64,000 nucleotides of DNA from an uncultured archaeon (GCA_963799775.1 CAWCYD010000003.1:224001-288000); one strand, 5' to 3'. Positions 41,593 to 50,969 are shown, counted from the stretch's first letter. The notes: a model not told the origin generated them from the sequence alone. Program-made: numbers and translations.

Positions 41593-43425
41593 ATGAGCGC
41601 TGACGAGGTCGCCCACAGCCTCAGGCGATACCTCTCGATGAAGTCAGCTTACGCCCCTGACTTCCTGCCGGGCGACAAGAGCGTAGCATACCTCACCGAC
41701 CTCACAGGGGTTCCGCAAATCTGGATGACAGACACCTCGGAGGATCGTGTCCCCCAACAGATCACACTCGAGGACGAGAGGGTCGCCCACTTCAGCGTCG
41801 GGCCGAAGAGCGGCAACATCGTCTTCGGGATGGACAAGGGCGGCAACGAGAGGTTCCAGATCTACATGCTCGAGGACTTGGGCGACTCGGTCGTCAAGCT
41901 GACAGACGACCCCAAAGTGATCCACAACTGGGGGGACTGGTCTCCCGACGAGAAGAGGATATCCTTCTCCTCGAACGCTAGGAGCCAGGAGTTCTTCGAC
42001 ATCTACGTCGAGGACATCGACGACCGTTCCACGGCGCTGGTATACAGATACGACGGGAACGCATACCCCGTGAGTTGGAGTCCCGACGGGTCGAAGATCC
42101 TTCTCGAGGTGACCCACACCCCCTTTGACCATGACCTCTTCCTTCTTGACCCCGACGACAAGAACGCGGAGCTGCTGACGCCTCACACCGGCGATGCGGC
42201 GTTCTACTCCCCCACCTTCGACTGGTCAGGGAAGTTCGTCTACTGCGCCACAGACAAGGACCGGGAGTTCGTGGCTCTCGCAAGAATAGACGTGGGTTCG
42301 CACGAGCTGGAGTATGTCTACGCGGAGGACTGGGACATAGAGGGACTGGTCGCCACGAGAGACAAGAGGACGGTCGCCTTCACCGTGAACGACGGCGGGG
42401 CCTCGAGGCTGATGCTCTGGGGACCTCGGCGGCGGAGTACCGCAGGAATTGAATGCCCCCAGAGGGCTCGTCGGCGGACTGGACTGGTCAAACGACGGGC
42501 GAAGGCTTGCCTTCTCCCTCTCAGCCTCCTCGGCGAACACCGACGTATGGACGTACGATTTCGGACCGAACATGGGATCGACGCGGGGTCAGCTGACCAG
42601 GCTGACCAGGTCCTCCACGTGCGGGATACCGGCGACAAGTTTCGTCGAGCCGCAGCTTGTAGAGACCCGCTCGTTCGACGAGCTGCAGGCCCCTCGTATC
42701 TCTACTTGCCGAAGACAGGTGCCTCGTTGCCCCTCGTCGTCCTCCTCCACGGCGGGCCCGAGTCGCAATTCAGGCCCGGCTTCAGCCCTCTCATCCAGTT
42801 CTTCGTGAGGATGGGTTTCGGCGTGCTCGCACCGAACTTCAGAGGAAGCACGGGATACGGCAGGAGGTACACGCACTTGGACGACGTCAGGGGGAGGATG
42901 GACACCGTCAAAGACGCCGAGTTCGCGGTCCGCCATGTCTTGGAGAGGTATCCCATAGACAGGAACAAGGTGGTGGCCTGGGGCGGCAGCTACGGGGGTT
43001 TCATGGTCTTGGCTTGCCTCTATTCGAGCCCGAAGATGTGGGCGGCAGGAGTGGACATCGTCGGCATATCGAACATCGTCACATTCCTGAAGAACACGGG
43101 ACCTTGGAGGAGGAAGCTCAGGATCGCCGAGTATGGAGACCCAGAGAAGGACAAGGACTTCCTAGAGAGCATCTCCCCGAACAACAACGCACACTTGATC
43201 ACAGCGCCGCTCTTCATTATCCACGGCGCGAACGACCCCAGGGTGCCCGTCGGCGAGGCCGAGCAGATCGCCGAGACTCTCAAGAAGCTGGGAAGAGAGG
43301 CCCACATGATGAGGTTCGACGACGAAGGTCATGGACTCGCGAAACTGAAGAACAGAATCGCTGGGTATTCAGCAGCCGTCGAGTTCCTGATGAGTCACGT
43401 CTCCAGCCAGGGCGAGAAAGCCTAG
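41593..43425 (+). CDS. S9 prolyl oligopeptidase/acylaminoacyl peptidase (internal compensating frameshifts)
   Basis: Beta-propeller repeats; HGGP, GGSYGG, HGANDPRV, EGHG. Confidence 0.92.
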   Translation: MSADEVAHSLRRYLSMKSAYAPDFLPGDKSVAYLTDLTGVPQIWMTDTSEDRVPQQITLEDERVAHFSVGPKSGNIVFGMDKGGNERFQIYMLEDLGDSVVKLTDDPKVIHNWGDWSPDEKRISFSSNARSQEFFDIYVEDIDDRSTALVYRYDGNAYPVSWSPDGSKILLEVTHTPFDHDLFLLDPDDKNAELLTPHTGDAAFYSPTFDWSGKFVYCATDKDREFVALARIDVGSHELEYVYAEDWDIEGLVATRDKRTVAFTVNDGGASRLMLWGPRRRSTAGIECPQRARRRTGLVKRRAKACLLPLSLLGEHRRMDVRFRTEHGIDAGSADQADQVLHVRDTGDKFRRAAACRDPLVRRAAGPSYLYLPKTGASLPLVVLLHGGPESQFRPGFSPLIQFFVRMGFGVLAPNFRGSTGYGRRYTHLDDVRGRMDTVKDAEFAVRHVLERYPIDRNKVVAWGGSYGGFMVLACLYSSPKMWAAGVDIVGISNIVTFLKNTGPWRRKLRIAEYGDPEKDKDFLESISPNNNAHLITAPLFIIHGANDPRVPVGEAEQIAETLKKLGREAHMMRFDDEGHGLAKLKNRIAGYSAAVEFLMSHVSSQGEKA

Positions 43426-43850
43426 TCCTTCGATATCTTCTCTAGTCGCTGCGACAGGCTCAGAAGGGCTTCTTGGTGTTCCTTCATCTTCGATGGGTCG
43501 GACTTGGCCAAGTCCTCCATGTAAGAGACGAAGCCGCTAACCTCCTCGACCATCTCGTCCAGAGAGCGCTGCTTTCTCCCGAAAGCAGGCCCGAATGACC
43601 ACTCCAACTCGCTGCTTGCCTTGTCCGTAAGCTCGTATCTGCCATCGTCTTTCTTCTTTACCATCCCATCCTTGACGAGCTGCTCGAGCACGGGATAGAC
43701 CGACCCCGGCGAAGGCCTCCACCATCCTTGCGTCATACTCTCGATCTCATCCATCAGCTCCACGCCGTTCTTCGGCGAGGACGCCAGCATGGTGACGATC
43801 GCCATGCGAAGGCCCCGCTTCCTATGCATCATCCATCTGAAAGGCCACAA
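43422..43850 (-). CDS. PadR family regulator
   Basis: NGVELMDEIE...WRPSPGSVYPVL. Confidence 0.9.
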   Translation of the reverse strand: MWPFRWMMHRKRGLRMAIVTMLASSPKNGVELMDEIESMTQGWWRPSPGSVYPVLEQLVKDGMVKKKDDGRYELTDKASSELEWSFGPAFGRKQRSLDEMVEEVSGFVSYMEDLAKSDPSKMKEHQEALLSLSQRLEKISKD

Positions 43851-43885
43851 ATCGGCATGAAGCCAGAAGGCGAGCTAATAAGGGA

Positions 43886-43913
43886 ATCGGTTTTCCGATA
43901 TCGGTTTTCCGAT
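43886..43913. promoter_or_regulatory. tandem palindromic operator (ATCGGTTTTCCGAT)x2
   Basis: Two exact adjacent 14-bp copies between divergent padR and SHOCT genes, next to CTTAAAG. Confidence 0.7.
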
Positions 43914-43959
43914 ATCTTAAAGAACCCCTGCTTCCATCCAGGTGATTGCGAAACACGGC

Positions 43960-44382
43960 ATGAGCGACGACAACCACAACAACTACGCGACGCCGTCACA
44001 CAGCTTCGGGCAGACTCGTCACAGGCGAGTGGTCATAGGCTGGGTCATCGGCGGGCTGGTCATCCTACTCCTCGCGGGGCTTCTCCTCTCTCCCTTCCTC
44101 TACAACTTCGGTTCACGACCCTTCGGATACTACCCTTTCCCGTTCGTCTTCTTCCCGTTCGGGTTCCTTATCTTCTTCTTTTTCATCTTCTTCGTGATCC
44201 GAGGGGTGTTCTGGGGTTGGGGATGGGGCTGGCGAGGCGGCTATGGTCGTGGCTACTGGCGGGGCCAGGGCTATAACTATGGCGACGCCACTGAGATTCT
44301 CAGGCAACGATACGCGAAGGGCGAGATAAGCAAGGATCAGTTTGACCAGATGATGAGGGACCTGCAGGCATCCAAAGCCTAG
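43960..44382 (+). CDS. SHOCT domain membrane protein
   Basis: ATEILRQRYAKGEISKDQFDQM C-terminus. Confidence 0.9.
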   Translation: MSDDNHNNYATPSHSFGQTRHRRVVIGWVIGGLVILLLAGLLLSPFLYNFGSRPFGYYPFPFVFFPFGFLIFFFFIFFVIRGVFWGWGWGWRGGYGRGYWRGQGYNYGDATEILRQRYAKGEISKDQFDQMMRDLQASKA

Positions 44383-44464
44383 AGGCCCTCCTCTCCTCTC
44401 TTTTTCTCGAGAGACCATCCGGACAGGCTCGTCTCCCAAGGCACTCAATGTCAATCAGGAGATG

Positions 44465-44497
44465 TGGTGCGGGGGGTGGGATTCTAACCCCACAACC
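44465..44497 (-). repeat. degenerate copy of the tRNA-Leu 3' end (att-like remnant, intron-less)
   Basis: TGGTGCGGGGGGTGGGATTCTAACC matches the spliced tRNA 3' end. Confidence 0.75.
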
Positions 44498-44510
44498 GCT
44501 GAAGGAGGTT

Positions 44511-44612
44511 CTACCTGAACAACCAGCCGAGGACTATGAGTACGACAATTACGATGACAATCGTGCCAAGTAGCCCGTATGCCGGCCTTTTGTTCCGAAA
44601 CGTGAGTGACAT
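44511..44612 (-). CDS. 33-aa single-TM peptide MSLTFRNKRPAYGLLGTIVIVIVVLIVLGWLFR
   Basis: TATA-like GATAAAT ~30 nt upstream; basic N-terminus plus TM. Confidence 0.55.
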   Translation of the reverse strand: MSLTFRNKRPAYGLLGTIVIVIVVLIVLGWLFR

Positions 44613-44804
44613 GGTATACGAAGTTCGTGGGGGCCTAAGTGCATTTATCTAGCTTCAAACATAACTTGGATACCTAGCCGAGCTCCATAACCTTCTCCGG
44701 GTGACATCCGAGCGGGAAGCCGGCACGCGGTGGTGGCCCTAGCCGCCAAGACTTCGCCCTTGGGGGTCAACGGAGGACGACTGCTCTCCTGGCGAGCGAG
44801 AATA

Positions 44805-44852
44805 GGTGGGGTGGGCGGGACTTGCACCCGCTTCGTACTCCAGCTCCACCCT
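44805..44852 (-). other. tRNA-like minihelix (acceptor stem and T-arm, no D or anticodon arm)
   Basis: AGGGTGG-14 nt-GCGGG TGCAAGT CCCGC CCACCCC A CC. Confidence 0.4.
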
Positions 44853-44854
44853 AA

Positions 44855-44893
44855 TGCGGGGGGCGGGATTCGAACTCACGAACCCCTTTAGGG
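44855..44893 (-). repeat. second degenerate tRNA-Leu 3' copy (att-like remnant, intron-less)
   Basis: TGCGGGGGGCGGGATTCGAACTCACGAACCCCT versus the mature tRNA. Confidence 0.75.
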
Positions 44894-44908
44894 GGTGCTT
44901 GTGTTGAA

Positions 44909-45466
44909 TTATCCCATTTGAGGCATCAATGGTTTGGATGGCTTTGCCAGCCTAAACAAGCCAAATCCCAGCATGCAAGCTCCGCCTAGAAGTCCTGCGG
45001 CTTCGATAATGGTGGCAAGTCCGGAGAAACTCTTGGGGTAAGTGGCGAGCAAGCTGTATGAAATCAAGAGAAGCGCATCCACTGAGAGAACGGCAGAGAA
45101 GGTGCGTCGATCTGGCAGGGCTCTTAGGTCGATTAGACCCAGAATCGCTGTGACAAAAATCACCAAAAGTATCTCGCCCTCTAGGACGTCGATGTGAGAG
45201 TCTTCGACAAGCGCGGCGGCAGATAGGAACATCATCGATAAGATAGAGCCCGAAATATTTTGGCGGTGATGGCCACGCAGTTCCAGGACTCCCAGCGCCC
45301 CCCAGAACCCCCCGAACCCAACGAAGGGAAAAAGCAACAGCAACAATGGGAGGAAGTTGGTGGGTGGTGGTTGCATGGCAAGCTGATAGCTCAAGATGGT
45401 TTCGTAGAATATGTATCCAGCGTACACGAAATACAATCCGGCTAGGCCCACCTGAATGGGCTTCAA
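44909..45466 (-). CDS. hypothetical multi-TM membrane protein (cargo between tRNA and att remnant)
   Basis: 185-aa hydrophobic ORF with lower GC. Confidence 0.6.
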   Translation of the reverse strand: MKPIQVGLAGLYFVYAGYIFYETILSYQLAMQPPPTNFLPLLLLLFPFVGFGGFWGALGVLELRGHHRQNISGSILSMMFLSAAALVEDSHIDVLEGEILLVIFVTAILGLIDLRALPDRRTFSAVLSVDALLLISYSLLATYPKSFSGLATIIEAAGLLGGACMLGFGLFRLAKPSKPLMPQMG

Positions 45467-45548
45467 GGCCTCGTCTTCAGACCTGTTCGGCTATATTGCT
45501 GTGCCGGCCGGTTTGCGCCTGAAGCTCGAAGCATCCGCTAGGACTGAT

Positions 45549-45689
45549 TGGTGCGGGGGGTGGGATATTCGCCGACCTTGCCCGAGGGTGCTCGCGAGCA
45601 CCCCCTAAGCAGGTTCGGATTCGAACCCACGAACCCCTAAGGGATGGGGCCTAAGCCCCACGCCGTTGACCAGGCTTGGCGACCCCCGC
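45549..45689 (-). tRNA. tRNA-Leu(TAG) with a 54-nt intron at 59/60 (45566-45619) and encoded CCA
   Basis: GCGGGGG/CCCCCGC acceptor, CT-TAG-GC anticodon loop, long variable arm; canonical BHB: GGG-TTCG-AAT-CCGA...TCGG-CGAA-TAT-CCC. Confidence 0.93.
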
Positions 45690-45836
45690 TCTTTCATCAC
45701 CCCGGCCGTTTTCTTGGCTTAACAGTTTTCCTAGCCTCTGCGCATCCCGCAGATGGCATCAAGGCCCTCGGAAACGGTTCCCTGCTGGGACTATTCCCGA
45801 AGGGGATAATAACGCCGGAGGACCGACTGATTCAGA

Positions 45837-46811
45837 GTGAGCCTGGCTCAGAACATATTGGACGTGATTGGTAACACCCCAATCGTCAGACTCCAACGGA
45901 TTGCCGAGAAGCCTAGTCCGCGCATCTTCGCCAAGCTCGAGTTCATGAACCCAGGGGGATCTGTCAAGGACCGGATAGCCGCTTTCATCGTCGCGGACGC
46001 AGAGCGACGAGGCGTCCTCAAGAAGGGGGGGACACTTATCGAGCCTACATCTGGGAACACCGGGGTGGGGCTTGCCATCCTTGCGGCCGTCCGTGGCTAC
46101 AAGGCCATCTTCACCATGCCTGACAAGGTAAGCGAGGAAAAGCGCGCCCTGCTGAGAGCTTTCGGGGCCAAGGTCGTCGTCGCACCCACAGATCTGCCGC
46201 CAAGTTCGCCAGACCACTACATCAACGTGGCCAAGAGGCTCAACAAGCAGAATCCGGGTTCGTTCATGCCGAACCAGTACCAGAACAAGGGGAACCCCGA
46301 GGCCCACCGAGCCACGACCGGCCCTGAGATCTGGCGCCAGACCAAAGGCAAGATCGATGCCTTCGTCGCTGGTGTCGGGACAGGTGGGACCATATCGGGC
46401 GCGGGCGGATACCTAAAGTCGAAGAAAAGCTCGTTGCTCGTCGCCGGAGTCGAGCCTCAAGGCTCCATCTACGCGAACCTCAAGTACGGAAAGAAGGAAC
46501 CGCTGCACCCATACCTGGTCGAGGGCGTCGGGGAGGATTTCGTGCCCGAAACCTACGACGAGAGCGTAGTCGATGAGATCATCACGGTCAGCGACGAGGA
46601 GAGCATCTCGATGTCCCACAAACTGGCTAGGGAAGAGGGGATCTTCGCGGGGGGCTCATCCGGCATGGCGGTGGCAGGGGCGTTGGAGCTGGCGCGCCGA
46701 AGGCCCTCCCTGAAGCTCATCGTCGTGATCCTCCCCGACTCTGGGAGGAGCTACCTCAGCAAGATCTACAACCCGCAGTGGCTCAAGGCTCACGGGTTCT
46801 CGCAAGATTAA
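45837..46811 (+). CDS. cystathionine beta-synthase/cysteine synthase (MccA-like)
   Basis: NPGGSVKDR, EPTSGNTG, GTGGT, VEGVGEDF, PDSGRSYLSK. Confidence 0.9.
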   Translation: MSLAQNILDVIGNTPIVRLQRIAEKPSPRIFAKLEFMNPGGSVKDRIAAFIVADAERRGVLKKGGTLIEPTSGNTGVGLAILAAVRGYKAIFTMPDKVSEEKRALLRAFGAKVVVAPTDLPPSSPDHYINVAKRLNKQNPGSFMPNQYQNKGNPEAHRATTGPEIWRQTKGKIDAFVAGVGTGGTISGAGGYLKSKKSSLLVAGVEPQGSIYANLKYGKKEPLHPYLVEGVGEDFVPETYDESVVDEIITVSDEESISMSHKLAREEGIFAGGSSGMAVAGALELARRRPSLKLIVVILPDSGRSYLSKIYNPQWLKAHGFSQD

Positions 46812-46837
46812 AGTCACGCTCCAACGCGCCGCCCCTC

Positions 46838-47998
46838 ATGCGGTTCGACACCCGGGCGGTCCACGTTGGGAACGAGCCAGACGAGCTGACCGGAGCGGTG
46901 ACCCCTCCGATTTACACCTCGTCGACCTTCGCCCAGGCGAAGATAGGGCTCACAAAGGGCTACGAGTACTCTAGGTCCGGCAACCCGACCAGGGCGAGGC
47001 TGGAACGGGCCGTGGCCGACCTCGAGGGCGGCAAGTTCGGGCTGGCGTTCGCGTCTGGCCTCGCCGCCGAGACCGCCGTCGCGAGCCTGCTCAACAACGG
47101 CGATCATGTGATAATCTGCAACGACGTCTATGGCGGCACCTTCAGGCTCTTCAACCAGGTCTTCAGGAACTTCGGCGTCTCCTTCGACAGGGTCGACGCG
47201 AGAGACCTAAGCAAACTCGAGCGCGCGGTCAGACCTAACACCAGGATGATCTGGATGGAGTCTCCCACCAACCCATTGATGCTGGTCCTCGACATCGCTG
47301 GCGTAGCAAAGGTGGCGAAGGCACACGGGCTGACCCTTGCGGTGGACAACACCTTTGCCTCTCCCTGTCTCCAGAACCCGCTCAAGCTGGGTGCGACAAT
47401 CGTCGTCCACAGCACGACCAAATACATCGGCGGCCACAGCGACCTCGTGGGCGGCGCTCTTGTCACCTCAGACAAGGCGCTCTTCGAGAGGTTGAAGTTC
47501 CTCCAGAACGCGACCGGGAGCGTCCCTGGCCCGTTCGATTGCTATCTTGCACTCAGGGGCCTCAGGACGATCCACCTCCGGGTAGCCAGGCACTCGAAGA
47601 ACGCAGGGGCTGTCGCAAAGGCCCTAGCGAGCGACCGAGCGAGGGTGAAGGAAGTCTACTATCCGTTCCTCAAGGGATCTCCCTCGTACAAGCTGGCGAG
47701 GAAGCAGATGTCCGCCGGAGGAGGGATGATCGCCTTCAGGATCGTGGGAGGTTATCGAGCGGCGTCGAAGTTCCTAGAGTCCCTGAAGGTCTTCACGCTC
47801 GGTGAGAGTCTGGGAGGGGTAGAGTCACTGGCCGAGCATCCGTCCAAGATGACCCATGCCTCGCTACCGGCCGCCGAACGCAAGAAGATAGGCATCACGG
47901 ACGACCTGATACGCCTATCTGTCGGCATCGAGGACTCTGGCGACCTGGTCGAGGACGTCAGAACCGCTCTGAGAGCCGCGGTCCACACGCAAAGCTGA
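46838..47998 (+). CDS. cystathionine gamma-lyase/synthase (MccB/MetB-like)
   Basis: YSRSGNPT, ESPTNP, VDNTFA, HSTTKYIGGHSD, ESLGGVESL. Confidence 0.92.
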   Translation: MRFDTRAVHVGNEPDELTGAVTPPIYTSSTFAQAKIGLTKGYEYSRSGNPTRARLERAVADLEGGKFGLAFASGLAAETAVASLLNNGDHVIICNDVYGGTFRLFNQVFRNFGVSFDRVDARDLSKLERAVRPNTRMIWMESPTNPLMLVLDIAGVAKVAKAHGLTLAVDNTFASPCLQNPLKLGATIVVHSTTKYIGGHSDLVGGALVTSDKALFERLKFLQNATGSVPGPFDCYLALRGLRTIHLRVARHSKNAGAVAKALASDRARVKEVYYPFLKGSPSYKLARKQMSAGGGMIAFRIVGGYRAASKFLESLKVFTLGESLGGVESLAEHPSKMTHASLPAAERKKIGITDDLIRLSVGIEDSGDLVEDVRTALRAAVHTQS

Positions 47999-48182
47999 GT
48001 TTTCCCCTTCTCGGACCCCAGGATTCGAGGGATTTTACAGCAGGAGACGATGGGCAGTTCGGCAACTTAAGACAATCGTCGATTTGCCGCATGGAACGCA
48101 CCCGTATAATGCGTACGGGATGTTCAAGCACTCACAGAACAATGCAACTGGATAACTGCAAGATTTTGAATCTATCGCTCGT

Positions 48183-49017
48183 GGATTCTGTTACGTCTTT
48201 TCTCATGACGCCGCTGGCGCACGACGCGACGGGCTGGCCCTGCTCCACTCCATCGGCTCGGAGGACTTCCTGCGCGGGAACTTGTGAAACCGGCTTTCCG
48301 GTTTGGCGATTTTGGAAGTCCGGAAGGAGGGCCCTCTCTCTGGTGGCCTTCTCGATTAGCTCGCTCCATCCGTTTGTGACCGGGATTCCGGCCTTCTGTG
48401 CCGGTCTCATTCCGTTTATTTGGCGTTCGCGCACGTAGTTGTAATTCACCACGTAGCCGTCTAGGATGTTCTTTGCCGTCTCGTTGTGCTTGAGGCTCCG
48501 CATCGGGCGCGTCCTCTCCTTTAATGTCTCGTGGAGCCTTTCAACGATGTTACTTGTTTGCCTTGCTCTGATTCCGACTCTTTGCACAAATTCGACCTTA
48601 TCGACTTTGTATCGGGAGTAGAACACGCGGTTGAAGGCACTCTGATAGACGTGGCTCCCATCGACGAATACTGCCTTTGGCCTCGTCTTGCTCATGTCCA
48701 GCCCTTTTTGGAAGATTGCGACGGCGTCCTCGAATGTCCTTGACCCTGACAGGTGTGACGCCATCAAGAACTTCGTGTGCTCATCAATCATCTCCCAGAA
48801 CCATTGATCGCGGCCTTCGCACTCGATGACCGTCTCATACTCATGCCATTTCCCTTGGGTTAGGAAGTTTCGCCTTCTGAACTTCCTAAACTGCTAAATC
48901 CGGAACACGGTTTCACAAGTTCCCGCGCAGGAAGTCCTCCGAGCCGATGGAGTGGAGCAGGGCCAGCCCGTCGCGTCGTGCGCCAGCGGCGTCATGAGAA
49001 AAGACGTAACAGAATCC
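48183..49017. mobile_element. non-autonomous transposon: 110-bp perfect TIRs, 6-bp TSD GCTCGT
   Basis: 48183-48292 is the reverse complement of 48908-49017; GCTCGT at 48177-48182 and 49018-49023. Confidence 0.85.
48330..48860 (-). pseudogene. IS6-like DDE transposase/integrase fragment
   Basis: WHEYET (expected WHxDET), FVDG..Y, NIVERLHETLKER, YNYVR, PAQKAGI; N-terminus missing. Confidence 0.8.
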
Positions 49018-49065
49018 GCTCGTAAGAGCCTCAGTCATCCAAAAGATTCACACAATCGTCAGGGG

Positions 49066-49455
49066 CTAGACGGTTTCCGACTGGAGTTTCCTTTCGAGCT
49101 CCTTCTCGGCTGCTCTCGCGCCCTTCACTATTCTTCCCTGTCTCGTAGCGAATCGGTAGTCTAAGGCGGCAACGAGAACTAGCGCCGCCGTTACAAAGAG
49201 CAATGCTAACTCTAGAACGAGAAGACTCGGATCCGTCAGGTTGACTGTTATCACTCCCTCTCCGCTCGCGAACGGGTAGACAATTTGGAAAGCATACGAC
49301 AAGCTCAGGAAGGCTCCGAGGATAACCGTCAAAATCGAGAGCGACCGCATCCTCCTGTGGGTCGTCTCGATATGCTTCGCAAATTCTTCGTGTGCTTCCA
49401 CCAGCGTCGCCCCGGGCGATCTCTCTGCGTCGCTGCCTGTTGACAAGCTCTTCAC
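49066..49455 (-). CDS. two-TM hypothetical protein
   Basis: 129-aa ORF with 2 TMs, just downstream of the wHTH gene. Confidence 0.6.
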   Translation of the reverse strand: MKSLSTGSDAERSPGATLVEAHEEFAKHIETTHRRMRSLSILTVILGAFLSLSYAFQIVYPFASGEGVITVNLTDPSLLVLELALLFVTAALVLVAALDYRFATRQGRIVKGARAAEKELERKLQSETV

Positions 49456-49459
49456 TCGC

Positions 49460-49760
49460 TCAAAATGGAACCTTAAAGGCTTCCTGACCGGAGGTCAGTT
49501 TCACGCCGCTCTCCCACTGGTTCCACAAACTCATGTAATGAGTATAGGCATTGAGCCCTTCCTCCGTGATTCTGTGGATTTCGTGGTCGGCCTCGATGCG
49601 CTTAGCTACCCAACCGTTCGCGTGCATCGGCTCCAGGTCCCCGGCCTAGCCGGCCGTAATTGATGTTGCAGCGCTGAGCAAGCCGCGAGGAATTCATTGG
49701 CCCTTCCTTCAACGCGGCCAATATTTTCATCGCGTTAGCCAACGAGTCCCCGTGGGCCAT
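49460..49760 (-). CDS. winged HTH regulator (HTH_45-like; frameshifted)
   Basis: KILAALKEGPMNSSRLAQRCNINY...HRITEEG. Confidence 0.75.
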
Positions 49761-49928
49761 AGTGACCGCTTCGAAAAGGCGGGTTCCCGTCGATAAAAGC
49801 ATGCCAACCAGTGTTTCTACTGACCGAACGTCCGGACCAGGTGTCAGAAATCGTCTATAAGCTGGGGGCGACCTCTCCTCTCATGACTTCGACTTTCGTG
49901 AAGTCGGCGTGGTTGTGAGACTCGCTGC

Positions 49929-50969
49929 TTGACGGATGTTCCTGCGCTAGTTCTCAAAAGTCGCCTTGCAGAATTGATTTCGCGGAGCTCCGCTCTCAGA
50001 CTTGCAGCTGATCCGACGGACCATCGAGCCTGTTGCATTGCTCGGTTCGGCGGAACCCACGCACAAACTCGCGATTGCCCGGCGCGCCTCTTTTGCGAAG
50101 ATGGGGGAATCGTGATACCCACCGGCCTGAGCGATGGCCCTTTTCGAAGACCGCGATCACCTAACTTTCGAATCCCCAGACTCATCCCGCTGGTGAACCC
50201 GCTCGACGAGAGGACATTCGCCCATAGACATCTCGAAGGCGTCTTTCCGATGCTGGCTGTCCAATTATGGAAGATAGTGAGGAGCGGTCCCGCGTACCGT
50301 ACGGCCGTCTCGAAGGGACTGAACCGGATGCTGAGGTTCGATGGGAAGATCTTGATCTCCAGCGTACTGCCGGACGCAGATATCATAGAGAGGGGTGTGG
50401 ACTGGTTCATCGACGCGATTAGGGAGCTGAAACCTGATGCTGTGACGACTTGGGATGTCCCGACCTATTCCGACCATCCTAGGATGGCCTCGCTCAACTG
50501 GATGATGACCGGGCTTGATGCAGCGAGACGGATGTCACTCGAGCTTGACACGCCTCTTATTGGGCTCGCGGCAGGAGCTGACATCCGCCAAGTGGGGTTG
50601 TCATCGTCCTGCTTACGGGCGATGGGTTTCGAGCACCAGGCACTCGCATGCCACGAGTTGCTGGTCGAGAGACGACACCGATACCTGAGATCGTGCGCGG
50701 AATTGGTAAAAAGCAACTGTTCTCACATGACGTTGCTGTCCTGTTCTCATCCAAACCTGTTTGAGAAGTTCAAGATGGCGGACCATTTTGTCGGGATGTC
50801 CTGGTTCAACCAGGCCATCAGGGGACGGCGACCGCGGAGCAGGTCAAACAAGGTTGGTCACGGAAGCAAGGAGACCATCGACTTGACGAGGGAGAATCTG
50901 GTTGAAACCCTCCGCGCTTTACGCGAGTCATTCCCAACTGACCACGAGGAGGCGAACGACACTGGGTAG
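49929..50969 (+). CDS. DUF4417/TGT-like TIM-barrel protein
   Basis: IRELKPDAVTTWDVPTYSDHP resembles the DUF4417 PDFSxYxDxP motif; LIGLAAG; N-terminal Cys cluster. Confidence 0.55.
   Translation: MTDVPALVLKSRLAELISRSSALRLAADPTDHRACCIARFGGTHAQTRDCPARLFCEDGGIVIPTGLSDGPFRRPRSPNFRIPRLIPLVNPLDERTFAHRHLEGVFPMLAVQLWKIVRSGPAYRTAVSKGLNRMLRFDGKILISSVLPDADIIERGVDWFIDAIRELKPDAVTTWDVPTYSDHPRMASLNWMMTGLDAARRMSLELDTPLIGLAAGADIRQVGLSSSCLRAMGFEHQALACHELLVERRHRYLRSCAELVKSNCSHMTLLSCSHPNLFEKFKMADHFVGMSWFNQAIRGRRPRSRSNKVGHGSKETIDLTRENLVETLRALRESFPTDHEEANDTG

Noticed and set aside
44888-44899. 12-nt match TTAGGGGGTGCT between the att remnant flank and the tRNA intron
   Set aside because: It is short, low-complexity and in the opposite orientation, so probably chance.
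48132-48791. 219-aa ORF as an intact transposase
   Set aside because: It lacks the N-terminus and the first catalytic Asp, and its C-terminus simply reads through the TIR.
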